NCBI GenBank assembly: GCA_963767985.1
Contig: CAVYGE010000005.1
Span: forward strand, 188,453-252,452
DNA length: 64,000 nt
Source: an uncultured Chloroflexia bacterium
Lineage (GTDB): Bacteria > Chloroflexota > Limnocylindria > QHBO01
Reading direction: 5' to 3'
This document shows positions 42,663 to 52,297 of this stretch, in pieces. The notes beneath the pieces are model-generated. The model was not told the DNA's origin and did not search any database. It saw only the letters and a program-made list of their open reading frames with translations. Positions within the stretch are counted from its first letter, which is position 1, and each line of letters begins with the position of its first letter. A program made the translations under genes and the position numbers.

Positions 42663-42714
42663 TTGACAGCCCTGCTCGGTCGGTGTACAAAGAATGAACA
42701 AACACTCAACACAG
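42663..42714 (+). promoter_or_regulatory. Sigma-A promoter overlapped by three 11-bp-period TnnACA repeats (CarH/LitR-like operator)
   Basis: TTGACA(42663)-17 bp-TACAAA(42686); TGTACA 42684, TGAACA 42695, TCAACA 42706. Confidence 0.6.
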
Positions 42715-42726
42715 AGGCTATTCCCA

Positions 42727-43509
42727 ATGCGCAACCCCATTTCACGGCTCGCCGCGATGCTGGCGGCGTTCAGCCTGATTCTCGTAGCCGCCATGCCGGT
42801 GGCTGCGGCAGATGACGCCATGGTTCGCGTCATCCATGCCTCGCCCGACGCACCCAACGTCGACGTCTGGGTCGACGGCACCATGGTGCTCTCCGACGTG
42901 CCCTTCACGGCCGTGAGCGAGTATCTCGCCGTCCCGGCGGGTGAGCACAACATCCAGGTGACCGCCACCGGCTCGACCGACCCGGTCATCGATGCGGACC
43001 TCACCTTCGAGGCCGGCACGTCCTACAGCGTGGCCGCCATCGGGCTCGTCGCCGAGATCAGCGCGACGGTGCTCACCGACGACCGTGCTCCTGCCGAGGG
43101 CATGAGCAAGCTCCGCGTGTTCCATGCTTCGCCATCGGCGCCGGCATCGGTCGACGTGGCCGTCACGGACGGCCCGATCCTCGTCGAGGGTCTCGCCTAT
43201 CCGGAGGCCACCGACTATCTGACCGTCGACCCGGCCACCTATGCGCTCGAGATCCGGGCAGCGGGTGAGATGGACGCGGCCCTCACGCTGGACGCGACCC
43301 TCGAGGCCGGCATGAACTACACGGCCATTGCCATGGACGGCGGCGAGGCCGGCGTGCAGGTCATCGTGGCCGACGACACCGGAGCCGTTCCGGACACCGC
43401 GATGGCGACGGGCACCCCGTCCACGTCGCTCGTGACCTTCGCCGGCGTCGCGCTGCTGCTGGCCGGTCTGTATCTCGGACGACGAGCGTTCGCGGGCACT
43501 CGCGCCTGA
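42727..43509 (+). CDS. DUF4397 secreted protein with C-terminal VPDTA + TM
   Basis: Signal peptide; VRVIHASPDAPNVDV and LRVFHASPSAPASVDV repeats; GAVPDTAMATG...LLAGLYLGRR. Confidence 0.9.
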   Translation: MRNPISRLAAMLAAFSLILVAAMPVAAADDAMVRVIHASPDAPNVDVWVDGTMVLSDVPFTAVSEYLAVPAGEHNIQVTATGSTDPVIDADLTFEAGTSYSVAAIGLVAEISATVLTDDRAPAEGMSKLRVFHASPSAPASVDVAVTDGPILVEGLAYPEATDYLTVDPATYALEIRAAGEMDAALTLDATLEAGMNYTAIAMDGGEAGVQVIVADDTGAVPDTAMATGTPSTSLVTFAGVALLLAGLYLGRRAFAGTRA

Positions 43510-43530
43510 CACGACTCCGATCCCGAACTT

Positions 43531-43565
43531 CGACGACCCGCGGGAGCGACTCCCGCGGGTCGTCG
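43531..43565 (+). terminator. Intrinsic terminator-like hairpin
   Basis: CGACGACCCGCGGGAG-CGA-CTCCCGCGGGTCGTCG, 16-bp stem followed by CTTGTGT. Confidence 0.8.
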
Positions 43566-43726
43566 CTTGTGTCGGACGGGCTGCGCCGCGGCTATACTCG
43601 AGGCAGATCTGAAGCTCGCAGCGACATGCACCCGATTCGAGCAGTGACAAGAGCGCCCGACCCGTCCAGCCCGCGATGGCCGATGCCGTCCGCGGGCGTT
43701 TTCGTACGCAGCCCGAGGACCCGACC

Positions 43727-44890
43727 GTGACGATCGATTCCCGCGTCGGCGACGCCACCGAGACACGCCTCCGGCGGGCCTACGGATTCGAGGAGGTGGC
43801 GCTCGTTCCCGGGGCGGTCACGGCCGATCCGGCCGAGGTCGACCTCGGCGTCGAGATCGGCGGGTTCCACCTCGAGATCCCCTTCCTGGCGGCGGCCATG
43901 GACGCCGTGGCCGATGCCGACTTCGCCGTGCGCATGAGCCGCCATGGCGGCGCCGCGTTCATCAACCTCGAGGGCCTCTACACCCGCTACGAGGATGCCG
44001 GGCCGATCATCGAGCGCGTGGTCGCCGCCGAGGACGGACGCGAGGCCGCGCACATCCTCGCCGAGGCCTATCAGCAGCCGATCCGTGACGAGCTCATCAC
44101 GGCGCTGATCACCCGGGTCAAGGCACAGGGTGCCATCGCGGCGGTGGCGACGACGCCGGCATCGGCGTGGACGCATGCGGAGATCGCCGCAGCCGCCGGT
44201 GCCGACCTGCTGCTCGTCCAGTCCCAGGTGTCGTCGGCGCGCCACATCTCGACCTCGACGCGCGTGCTGTCGCTCGCCGACCTGACGGGCGGGCTCAAGA
44301 TCCCCGTCCTGGTGGGCAACACCGTCAGCGGCGAGGCGGCCTATCAGCTGATGCACCAGGGGGCGGCCGGCATCTTCGTCGGGGTCGGGCCCGGCGCGGC
44401 GTGCACGACGCGCGAGGTGCTCGGCATCGGCGTCCCGCAGGTCAGCGCGACCCTCGAGGTGGCGGCGGCCCGGGACCGATACGAGCGCGAGAGTGGACGC
44501 TACGTGCCGATCGTGACCGATGGCGGCATGAAGACCGGCGGCGACATCGCGAAGGCCATCGCGTCAGGCGCCGATGCGGTCATGCTCGGCTCGCCGTTCG
44601 CCGGCGCACTCGAGGCGCCGGGTCGCGGCTTCAACTGGGGGATGGCGTCACCCTCGCCGACGCTCCCCCGGGGCACGCGCATCAAGATCGGCACGCGACT
44701 GCCGCTCGAGCAGATCCTCTTCGGGCCGGCGGAGACGACCCACGGGACGCAGAACCTCGTCGGCGCGCTTCGCCAGTCGATGGCCGCGCTCGGCGTCCGG
44801 ACGATCCGCGAGATGCACGAGGTCGAGATGGTCATCGCGCCATCGATCGTGACCGAGGGCAAGTCCTGGCAGCTCGCCGGCCGGGAGTAG
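43727..44890 (+). CDS. GuaB3-family IMP dehydrogenase-related protein
   Basis: RAYGFEEVALVPG, GVGPGAACTTREVLGIGVPQ, SPTLPRGTR; lacks CBS domains. Confidence 0.93.
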   Translation: MTIDSRVGDATETRLRRAYGFEEVALVPGAVTADPAEVDLGVEIGGFHLEIPFLAAAMDAVADADFAVRMSRHGGAAFINLEGLYTRYEDAGPIIERVVAAEDGREAAHILAEAYQQPIRDELITALITRVKAQGAIAAVATTPASAWTHAEIAAAAGADLLLVQSQVSSARHISTSTRVLSLADLTGGLKIPVLVGNTVSGEAAYQLMHQGAAGIFVGVGPGAACTTREVLGIGVPQVSATLEVAAARDRYERESGRYVPIVTDGGMKTGGDIAKAIASGADAVMLGSPFAGALEAPGRGFNWGMASPSPTLPRGTRIKIGTRLPLEQILFGPAETTHGTQNLVGALRQSMAALGVRTIREMHEVEMVIAPSIVTEGKSWQLAGRE

Positions 44891-44921
44891 GCGGGTCCAC
44901 GAGCGGCTCGGGGGACTGGAT

Positions 44922-45965
44922 TTGGATGTCCTGACGGTTCGCGCACGGAACCGGGCGCTGCTCGCGCGCCAGCTGCTCCTCGAGCGCCACTCGATGGCGA
45001 TTCCCCAGGCGCTCGAGCGAATGGCCGGCATCCAGAACCAGTACGCGCCGAACGCGTACCTCCGCCTCTGGTCGTGCCTCGAGGGCTTCCGTGCCGAGGA
45101 TCTCACCGCCGCCTACGAGGCGAGCCAGGTCGTGCAGGGAACGCTCATGCGCGGCACGATCCACACCGTCTCGGCGACCGACTACCACCCGATGGCAGCC
45201 GGCCTGCGGGCGCTCCGGCACGCCTGGGCGCGGAAGGTGTACCGCGGTGACGACTCGGGGCGCGACGCGGTCATCGCCCGCATCCGGGCCGGATTGGCCG
45301 GCACCGATGCCCCGCGAGCGCGGCTCCGCGAGCTGGTCGGAGATGCCGATGGGACCATCGCGGCGACGATCGACACGGATGCCGAGCTCCTGCGCGTCCC
45401 GCCGTCGGGGACCTGGGAACGCCGCCGCGCCGACCTCTACGCGCTGGCCGACGACCGCATCGGTCACGTCGAGGTCGAGCCGGAGGCCGGGCTCGTCCAT
45501 CTGGTGCGCCGCTATCTCGGGGGCTTCGGACCGGCCGCCGTCGGCGACATCGCCAGCTTCATCGGCGCGCCGATCACGCCCGTGAGGTCGGTCCTGGGCT
45601 CGATGGAGCTGCGACGGTTCCGCGACGAGACCGGCAGGGAGCTGTTCGACCTGCCGGATGCCGAGCTCCCCGACGAGGGCACCCCCGCGCCCGTGCGGCT
45701 CCTGCCGACCTGGGACGCGATCCTGCTGGTCCATGCACGCGGGACCGGCGTGCTGCCGGAGGAGTATCGGCCGATGATCTTCTCGACGAAGATGCCGCCG
45801 TCCCACCCGACCGTGCTGGTCGACGGGCGGGTCGCCGGGACGTGGCGCTTCGACGAGGGCCGCGTGACGATCGCGCCCTTCCGGAAGCTCTCCGGCCCCG
45901 AGCGCCGCGCGGTGGACGAGGAGGCCGAGCAATTGGCCGCGTTCCACGTCGAGGCGTCGGCGTAG
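44922..45965 (+). CDS. Second AlkZ-like (HTH_42) winged-helix DNA glycosylase
   Basis: RNRALLARQLLL, IQNQY, TLMRGTIH, RRYLGGFGPA, LLPTWDAILL, LVDGRVAGTW. Confidence 0.88.
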   Translation: MDVLTVRARNRALLARQLLLERHSMAIPQALERMAGIQNQYAPNAYLRLWSCLEGFRAEDLTAAYEASQVVQGTLMRGTIHTVSATDYHPMAAGLRALRHAWARKVYRGDDSGRDAVIARIRAGLAGTDAPRARLRELVGDADGTIAATIDTDAELLRVPPSGTWERRRADLYALADDRIGHVEVEPEAGLVHLVRRYLGGFGPAAVGDIASFIGAPITPVRSVLGSMELRRFRDETGRELFDLPDAELPDEGTPAPVRLLPTWDAILLVHARGTGVLPEEYRPMIFSTKMPPSHPTVLVDGRVAGTWRFDEGRVTIAPFRKLSGPERRAVDEEAEQLAAFHVEASA

Positions 45966-45974
45966 GATGCGCCG

Positions 45975-46358
45975 ATGAATCGCACCGACCTTCAGGCCTG
46001 GCTCGATCGCTACGTCGAAGCCTGGCGAGCCAATGAACGGGCACCGATCGAGGCGCTCTTCACCGACGACATCGTGTATCGCTTCCGCCCGTACGAGTCG
46101 TATCCGGCGGCGCGCGGCATCGAGGAGGTGGTCGACGCGTGGCTCGGCGAGTCGCGCGACGAGCCGGGAACGTGGGAGGCGGAGTACACCGCCTACGCCG
46201 TCGACGACGACCGGGGTGTGGCGACCGGGTACAGCCGCTACCTCGCCACCGCCGATGCGCCGGAGAAAACCTACCGCAACGTCTTTCTGCTCGAGTTCGC
46301 GCCCGACGGCCGCTGCCGATCGTTCGCCGAGGTGTACATGGCCGAGGAGGAAGGGTGA
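45975..46358 (+). CDS. SnoaL-like / NTF2 family protein
   Basis: WLDRYVEAW, LFTDDIVY, YRNVFLLEF. Confidence 0.8.
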   Translation: MNRTDLQAWLDRYVEAWRANERAPIEALFTDDIVYRFRPYESYPAARGIEEVVDAWLGESRDEPGTWEAEYTAYAVDDDRGVATGYSRYLATADAPEKTYRNVFLLEFAPDGRCRSFAEVYMAEEEG

Positions 46359-46415
46359 CCGCTCCCCGGCGCGAGATGGGAGCCGCGCCTGGTCCGGCAC
46401 TACGGACGACATCGA

Positions 46416-46433
46416 CTGAGTAAAATCACTCAG
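46416..46433. promoter_or_regulatory. Palindrome upstream of the AAA/DUF4143 gene
   Basis: CTGAGT-AAAATC-ACTCAG, with extra TGAGT copies at about 46439 and 46458. Confidence 0.5.
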
Positions 46434-46467
46434 GACTGTGAGTAATCTCGCCCGCCTGAGTGAGTGA

Positions 46468-47691
46468 ATGCCGAAACCGAAGGTCTACCGCCGCCCGATC
46501 TACGACGAGGTCCTCGAGCGCGCGCACGAGCCGCGCCGCTTCATACAGGTGCTGGCCGGACCGCGCCAGGTGGGCAAGACCACGGTCGCGCGCCAGGTCA
46601 TGGACGCCATCGGCATCCCGGGCCATTTCGCCTCCGCCGATGCGCCCGATCCCGAGGACATCGGCTGGATCTACACGCAGTGGCAGATCGGCCGGCAGGC
46701 CGCGTCGATGGGCAGTCGAGCGGGCGGGCTGCTCATCCTCGACGAGGTCCAGAAGATCCGCGACTGGTCGGACGTCGTGAAGCAGCTGTGGGACGAGGAC
46801 ACCGCGTCGGGGATCCCGCTGCGGGTGATGCTGCTGGGGTCGGCACCGCTGCTCGTGCGCAAGGGGCTGTCCGACAGCCTGGCCGGACGCTTCGAAGTCA
46901 TTCGCGTCACGCACTGGACCTTCGCCGAGATGCGCGATGCGTTCGGGTGGGACCTTGACACCTACCTCTTCTACGGTGGCTACCCCGGCGCTGCGCCCCT
47001 CATCCGGCGCCACGAGCGGTGGGAGGAGTACATCCTCGATTCGATCGTGGAGACGAACCTATCGCGAGACATCCTCCTCCTCAACCGCGTCGAAAAGCCG
47101 GCCCTGCTGCGTCAGCTGTTCCGCCTGGCCTGCTCGTACTCGGGCCAGGTCCTGAGCTACACGAAGATGCTCGGAACCCTGACCGATGCCGGAAACACGG
47201 TCACGCTGGCGCACTACCTCGAGCTTCTCGGAGGCGCCGGGATGGTGACCGGCATCGGCAAGTACTCCGGCTCCGCCGTTCGACGCCGCGCCTCGAGCCC
47301 GAAGCTCCTGGCGCTGAACACCGCGCTGATCACGGCCACGGCACGGACGACGTTCACGCGCGCACAGGCCGATCACGAGACGTGGGGCCGGCTGGTCGAG
47401 ACCGCGGTCGGCGCGCACCTCTGGGCCCACGCCGATCCGGACGAGCTCGGCTACTGGCGAGAGGGCAACAACGAGGTCGACTGGGTGGTTCGACCGGGCA
47501 AGCTCATGCGATCCCGCGATGCGCCGATGGCGATCGAGGTGAAGACCGGTCATCCTCGTGGCACGCCGGGCACGGTCGCCTTCACCCATACGCACCCGGG
47601 CGCGCGCGCCCTCATCGTGGGTGCCGGCGGCATACCGATCGAGGACTTCCTGGCAGCCCATCCGCGCGAATGGCTGGACGGGCCGGGGTGA
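46468..47691 (+). CDS. AAA_14 + DUF4143 ATP-binding protein
   Basis: GPRQVGKTT, LILDEVQK, LLGSA, SLAGRF, YGGYP, VETAVGAHL, IEVK. Confidence 0.9.
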   Translation: MPKPKVYRRPIYDEVLERAHEPRRFIQVLAGPRQVGKTTVARQVMDAIGIPGHFASADAPDPEDIGWIYTQWQIGRQAASMGSRAGGLLILDEVQKIRDWSDVVKQLWDEDTASGIPLRVMLLGSAPLLVRKGLSDSLAGRFEVIRVTHWTFAEMRDAFGWDLDTYLFYGGYPGAAPLIRRHERWEEYILDSIVETNLSRDILLLNRVEKPALLRQLFRLACSYSGQVLSYTKMLGTLTDAGNTVTLAHYLELLGGAGMVTGIGKYSGSAVRRRASSPKLLALNTALITATARTTFTRAQADHETWGRLVETAVGAHLWAHADPDELGYWREGNNEVDWVVRPGKLMRSRDAPMAIEVKTGHPRGTPGTVAFTHTHPGARALIVGAGGIPIEDFLAAHPREWLDGPG

Positions 47692-47710
47692 TGTCGGCGG
47701 CGTCCCCCTC

Positions 47711-47751
47711 TGTCAACATAGGTTGACATCACCCGGGGTTGCTCGTAGCCT
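47711..47751 (+). promoter_or_regulatory. Palindromic operator overlapping the -35 of a near-leaderless promoter
   Basis: TGTCAAC-ATAG-GTTGACA (47711-47728); TTGACA-17 bp-TAGCCT, then ATG 6 nt later. Confidence 0.75.
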
Positions 47752-47757
47752 GCGTCC

Positions 47758-47982
47758 ATGGCCGACGACCCGCAGACCGGCGATCCCGCCGCCGCCTTCG
47801 CAGCGGTGATCGCGCTGCGTCGGCTGGCGGACCGCATGGAACGCGAGGCCGTGGACGAGGCGATGGAGCTCGGATGGACCTGGCAGCAGATGGCCCAGGC
47901 GCTGGGCGTCTCACGCCAGGCAGCCCACAAGCGTCACGCGCAGCGCCTTCGTCGCCATCCAGCAACCCAGGAGGACAGATGA
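47758..47982 (+). CDS. Small HTH protein
   Basis: AMELGWTWQQMAQALGVSRQAAHKRH. Confidence 0.85.
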   Translation: MADDPQTGDPAAAFAAVIALRRLADRMEREAVDEAMELGWTWQQMAQALGVSRQAAHKRHAQRLRRHPATQEDR

Positions 47983-48494
47983 ACCCGATGAGGATGTTCC
48001 GCGAGATGCGGGCGATCAAGGATCTGCTGACCGGTGCGGAGCGCATAGCCCGCTCCATGGGTGACGAGCAGCCGGCGGCCGAACACCTGCTCCTGGCGGC
48101 CTTCGACCTCCCCGATGACTCGGCCGATCGAGTGCTGGGCGGATTCGGCCTCGATCGTGATCGGCTTCGGGCTGCGATCGTCGAGCAGCACGCCGCCGCG
48201 CTCGTCGCCGCAGGCATGCGATCTGACGTCGCCGAACGGCTCAGCCATGCGCCCCCACTCGATCCGGCCACCGGGTCCGGTATCTATCGGTCCAGCCCGT
48301 CTGCCCAGGAGGCGTTCCAACGAGCCGGAGGCATGGCCCGATCAACCCGACGGCCACTGGTGGGAGCGCACGTCGTGGCCGCTGTCGCTGATATGGAGCA
48401 CGGGACCGTCGCACAGCTCCTGGAGCGCCTCGGCATCGAGCGTTCAGCGGTGGCCGCTGCGGCAGCCGATGAGCTCGCCCGGTCTGTATCCTGA
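47979..48494 (+). CDS. Stand-alone Clp N-terminal (Clp repeat) domain protein
   Basis: AERIARSMGD...AEHLLLA and ARSTRR.LVGAHVVAAV repeats; no ATPase domain; own AGGAGG RBS. Confidence 0.8.
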   Translation: MNPMRMFREMRAIKDLLTGAERIARSMGDEQPAAEHLLLAAFDLPDDSADRVLGGFGLDRDRLRAAIVEQHAAALVAAGMRSDVAERLSHAPPLDPATGSGIYRSSPSAQEAFQRAGGMARSTRRPLVGAHVVAAVADMEHGTVAQLLERLGIERSAVAAAAADELARSVS

Positions 48495-48499
48495 GCCTG

Positions 48500-49313
48500 A
48501 TGCCGACCTCCGCCCGCGACCGCCGCGACCGGTTCCGCCGCCTCCACGAGCGCGGGCTGTTCATCATGCCGAACGCGTGGGATATCGGGTCGGCTCGGAT
48601 CCTTGCCAGCATGGGGTTCGAGGCACTGGCGACGACGAGCCTCGGACATGCGGCGGCACTCGGCAAGCTGGATCTCACGGTGACCCGCGACGAGATGCTC
48701 GATCACGTCGAGACCCTGGCGTCGGCTGTCGACCTGCCCCTCAACGTGGATGCCCAGCGATGCTTCGCCGACCATCCTGCAGGCGTTGCGGAGACCGTGG
48801 CCGAGATGGCCGCACGCGGCGCGGCCGGCTGTTCGATCGAGGACTACGATCCGGCGACCGGCAGGATCGACCCGTTGGACGTCGCCGTCGAGCGAGTCAC
48901 CGCCGCCGCCGAGGAGGCGCATCGGCATGGCGTCGTCCTGACAGCCCGGGCGGAGAACCACGTCTACGACCTCGGTGACCTCGACGATACCGTTCAGCGG
49001 CTCATCGCCTATCGTCAGGCCGGAGCCGATGTCGTCTATGCGCCACGACTGTCCGCCGCCGATGACATCCGGCGCGTGGTGGACCGCCACCGACGCGCCG
49101 GCCAACGTGCTGGCGGTGCGCAACGCCCCATCGGTGCGCGAGCTCGAGGCGATGGGCGTTCGTCGGGTCTCCACCGGCGGCGCCCTGGCCCGTGCTGCGT
49201 ACGGAGCGCTGGCCGCGGCCGCCGAGGAGTTGCAGCGTGCGGGGACATCGATGTATATCGACGCGGCGATGACCGGCGCTGACCTTGAGAAGGCGCTCGG
49301 CGGCGCGGATTGA
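48500..49313 (+). CDS. Isocitrate lyase / PEP mutase family protein (frameshift near 49085)
   Basis: MPNAWDIGSAR, ATTSLG, LPLNVDA, SIED, TARAEN, GADVVYAP, PANVL. Confidence 0.9.
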
Positions 49314-49371
49314 CCTGCGTGGTGACGATTAGACTCTGGCGCACAGGTGATCATCGCCGGACGGAGCGGCA

Positions 49372-51103
49372 TTGACAGAGTCCAAGGAACCGAGAATCGA
49401 CGCCGAACAGCCCGTCCCGCGAGAGCGCGGCCGAACCGTCCACGGCGAGGCTGCCAATGCGGGCCATCGCGTCCTCGCCCCCGACGATGCGGAGGTTGAG
49501 GCCTATCTCGAGCAGGCACTCCATGCGCCGCCGCCGCTCCGCGTCGAGACCGAGGCACCGGAACAGCCGGACACCGTCGCGGTCCTGGACTTTGGCAGCC
49601 AGTTCGCCCAGCTCATCGCGCGACGCGTGCGCGAGCTGAATGTCTATTCCGAGCTGCTGCCGCATGACACGCCGATGGCCGAGCTCGAGCGGAGGGGCGT
49701 CAAGGCGGTGATCCTGTCGGGCGGGCCGTCATCGGTCTACGACGTGGACGCGCCACGGGCCGACCCGGCGCTGTGGTCCGGCCGAATCCCGGTCCTCGGC
49801 ATCTGCTACGGCCTGCAGCTCATGGCCCACGAGCTCGGTGGCGAGGTCGTGCCGTCCACCAGGCGCGAGTACGGCCCGGCCACCGTGAGCGTGACCGATT
49901 CCTCGGGCCTGTTCGCCGGGATCGAGCGCGAGCAGCCGGTCTGGATGAGCCACGGCGACTCGATTCTGCGTCCTCCCGAGGGATTCGCCTCCACGGCCCA
50001 GACGGACTCGACCCCCTACGCCGGCCTTGCCGATGCGGGCCGCCACCTGTACGGCATCCAGTTCCACCCCGAGGTGGTCGCATACGCCGATCGGCCGCGA
50101 CGTTCTGCGCAACTTCGTGGTCGGTATCGCCGGCGTCCGGGACAACTGGACCGCCGCGAACCTCGTCGAGACGACGGTCGCCGAGATCCGTGAGCGGGTG
50201 GGGGAGGGGCACGTCATCTGCGCGCTGTCCGGAGGCGTGGACAGCGCCGTGGCGGCGACCCTGGTTCATCGGGCCATCGGCGATCAGCTGACGTGCATCT
50301 ACGTCGACCACGGCCTGATGCGGAAGCGCGAGTCGGAGCTGCTGCGGGTCACCTTCGAGCGCGACCTCGGGATGAACCTCGTCATGGTCGATGCGCGCGA
50401 GCGCTTCCTGGCGCGCCTGGCCGGGGTCGAGGATCCGGAGGAGAAGCGACGGATCATCGGCGACGAGTTCATCCGCGTCTTCGAGGAGGAGGCCGCGAAG
50501 ATCGGGCAGATCGACTTTCTCACCCAGGGCACGCTCTACCCGGACGTCATCGAGTCGAAGACGTCCGAGACCAAGACGTCGCAGAAGATCAAGACCCATC
50601 ACAACGTCGGCGGCCTGCCGTCCGACCTGCGCTTCAAGCTCATCGAACCACTGCGCTACCTGTTCAAGGACGAGGTGCGCAAGGTCGGCCTGGAACTCGG
50701 CCTGCCCGATGCCATGGTCCAGCGTCAGCCATTTCCCGGTCCGGGCCTGGCGATCCGGATCATCGGCGAGGTGACCGCCGAGCGTCTCGAAACCCTGCGT
50801 GAAGCCGACTGGATCGTCATCGACGAGATCAAGGGCGCCGGCCTGTATCGGTCCCTGTGGCAGTCGTTCGCCATCCTCACCCCGGTCCGCTCGGTCGGCG
50901 TGATGGGTGACGGGCGGACCTACGCCAACGTGGTGGCCATTCGCGCGGTCACGTCCGACGACGGCATGACGGCGGACTGGGCCCGCCTCCCGTACGAGGT
51001 GCTGGCCAAGATCAGCTCCCGGATCGTCAACGAGGTGCCTGGCGTGAACCGCGTCGTCTACGACATCAGCTCCAAGCCGCCCGCCACCATCGAGTGGGAG
51101 TGA
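49372..51103 (+). CDS. guaA: GMP synthase, glutamine-hydrolysing (frameshift near 50082)
   Basis: [50 protein letters not shown]. Confidence 0.97.
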
Positions 51104-51107
51104 GCCG

Positions 51108-51638
51108 ATGCGGGGGTTGCCGGTCGGGCTGATCGCGATCGCGGCCGTGGTCGCCATGGCCGGCTGTGCCATCGGGGGACCGTCCCGTCCCGCGCCCACC
51201 GGGCCGATCCAGCTCCTTCCCGGAGCTCCGGAGCCCGACGGTGAGATCACGGTGGCCGCGACGGGCTCCGCTTCGGACACGGGCTGGCGCCTGCTCGTCT
51301 GGGAATCCGGCGACCTGCTGTGCCGGCAGCTCGATGTCGTCGCCATCTCGAACCTCGACTGTGGGCGGATCGTCGTGGAAACGGCGTTCCGGTCGGTCAG
51401 CGTCGGAGCGGAGCTGGGTCGCGTCCACGCAATTCACGGTTTCGTGGATGGAAGTGTGGAGTCCGTGAGTGCCCGCGCGGATGACGGCACTTCGTACGAC
51501 GTCCCCGTGATGCCAGGCGGCCCGGGCGGCGGCGACTTCGGACTGTTCGTGATCATGTACCCGTCGACGGCCTCGATCGTCGCGATCACGGCCTACGGTG
51601 CCGGCGGCGCGGTCCTGGAAGAGCGTGACGTCGAGTGA
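51108..51638 (+). CDS. Hypothetical lipoprotein
   Basis: Lipobox MAGC; beta-rich domain. Confidence 0.65.
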   Translation: MRGLPVGLIAIAAVVAMAGCAIGGPSRPAPTGPIQLLPGAPEPDGEITVAATGSASDTGWRLLVWESGDLLCRQLDVVAISNLDCGRIVVETAFRSVSVGAELGRVHAIHGFVDGSVESVSARADDGTSYDVPVMPGGPGGGDFGLFVIMYPSTASIVAITAYGAGGAVLEERDVE

Positions 51639-52211
51639 AGCTGGGAGTACGCCAGATCTCGCTTCTCCTTCTTGGCGCAGATCGTGGGAGGCTGCGGGCT
51701 CCTGCCCGAGCCCGATGCCGGGATCCAGATCGCGGAGCTCGATACCAACCCGCGCCAGATCCATACCGGCGGCCCGGCCGCCAGGCCGACCGGCCCGGCC
51801 GTCGAGATCGTGCGCGGACGGGTCGATGAGCTGCTCTCGGTCGTCGTCCAGCGTGACGCCGACGGCGCATGCCTCGCGATCTTCCGCGGTGGAAACGGCT
51901 CGACGATCTGCGGGCCGCTTGCCGGCGAAGCCGACATGGGAGCGTTCGGGCCGGTGACCACCGGTGGTGGCGAACGGGACCCGGTGTTCGAGGTCGGCGG
52001 GATCGTCGACTCGAGCGTCAGCTCGGTCGTCCTCGAGCTCGACGACGGGAGTCGGGCGTCAGCCCTGCTCGTTCCACTGGCCCCGGCCGAGCTCGATGCG
52101 AGCGCGTTTCTCGTCTATCTCCCGGAGCCTGTCCCGACCGCTCTGGTGGCGTACGCCGACGATGGGACGGAGCTGGGTCGGCTGGTCATGACGCCGCCTG
52201 TCGTGCCGTAG
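51635..52211 (+). CDS. Hypothetical lipoprotein, paralog of the upstream gene (probable frameshift near 51668)
   Basis: IVGGC lipobox; GIVDSSVSSVVLELDDGS resembles GFVDGSVESVSARADDGT of the upstream gene. Confidence 0.6.
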
Positions 52212-52297
52212 CGGACCGCCGTCGGGGGCGGAAGGTCGCGCTCGCCACTCTGCGCCACCGGTGGCTCGACATACGGGCGAGCGGGCAAGCCGGTAGC

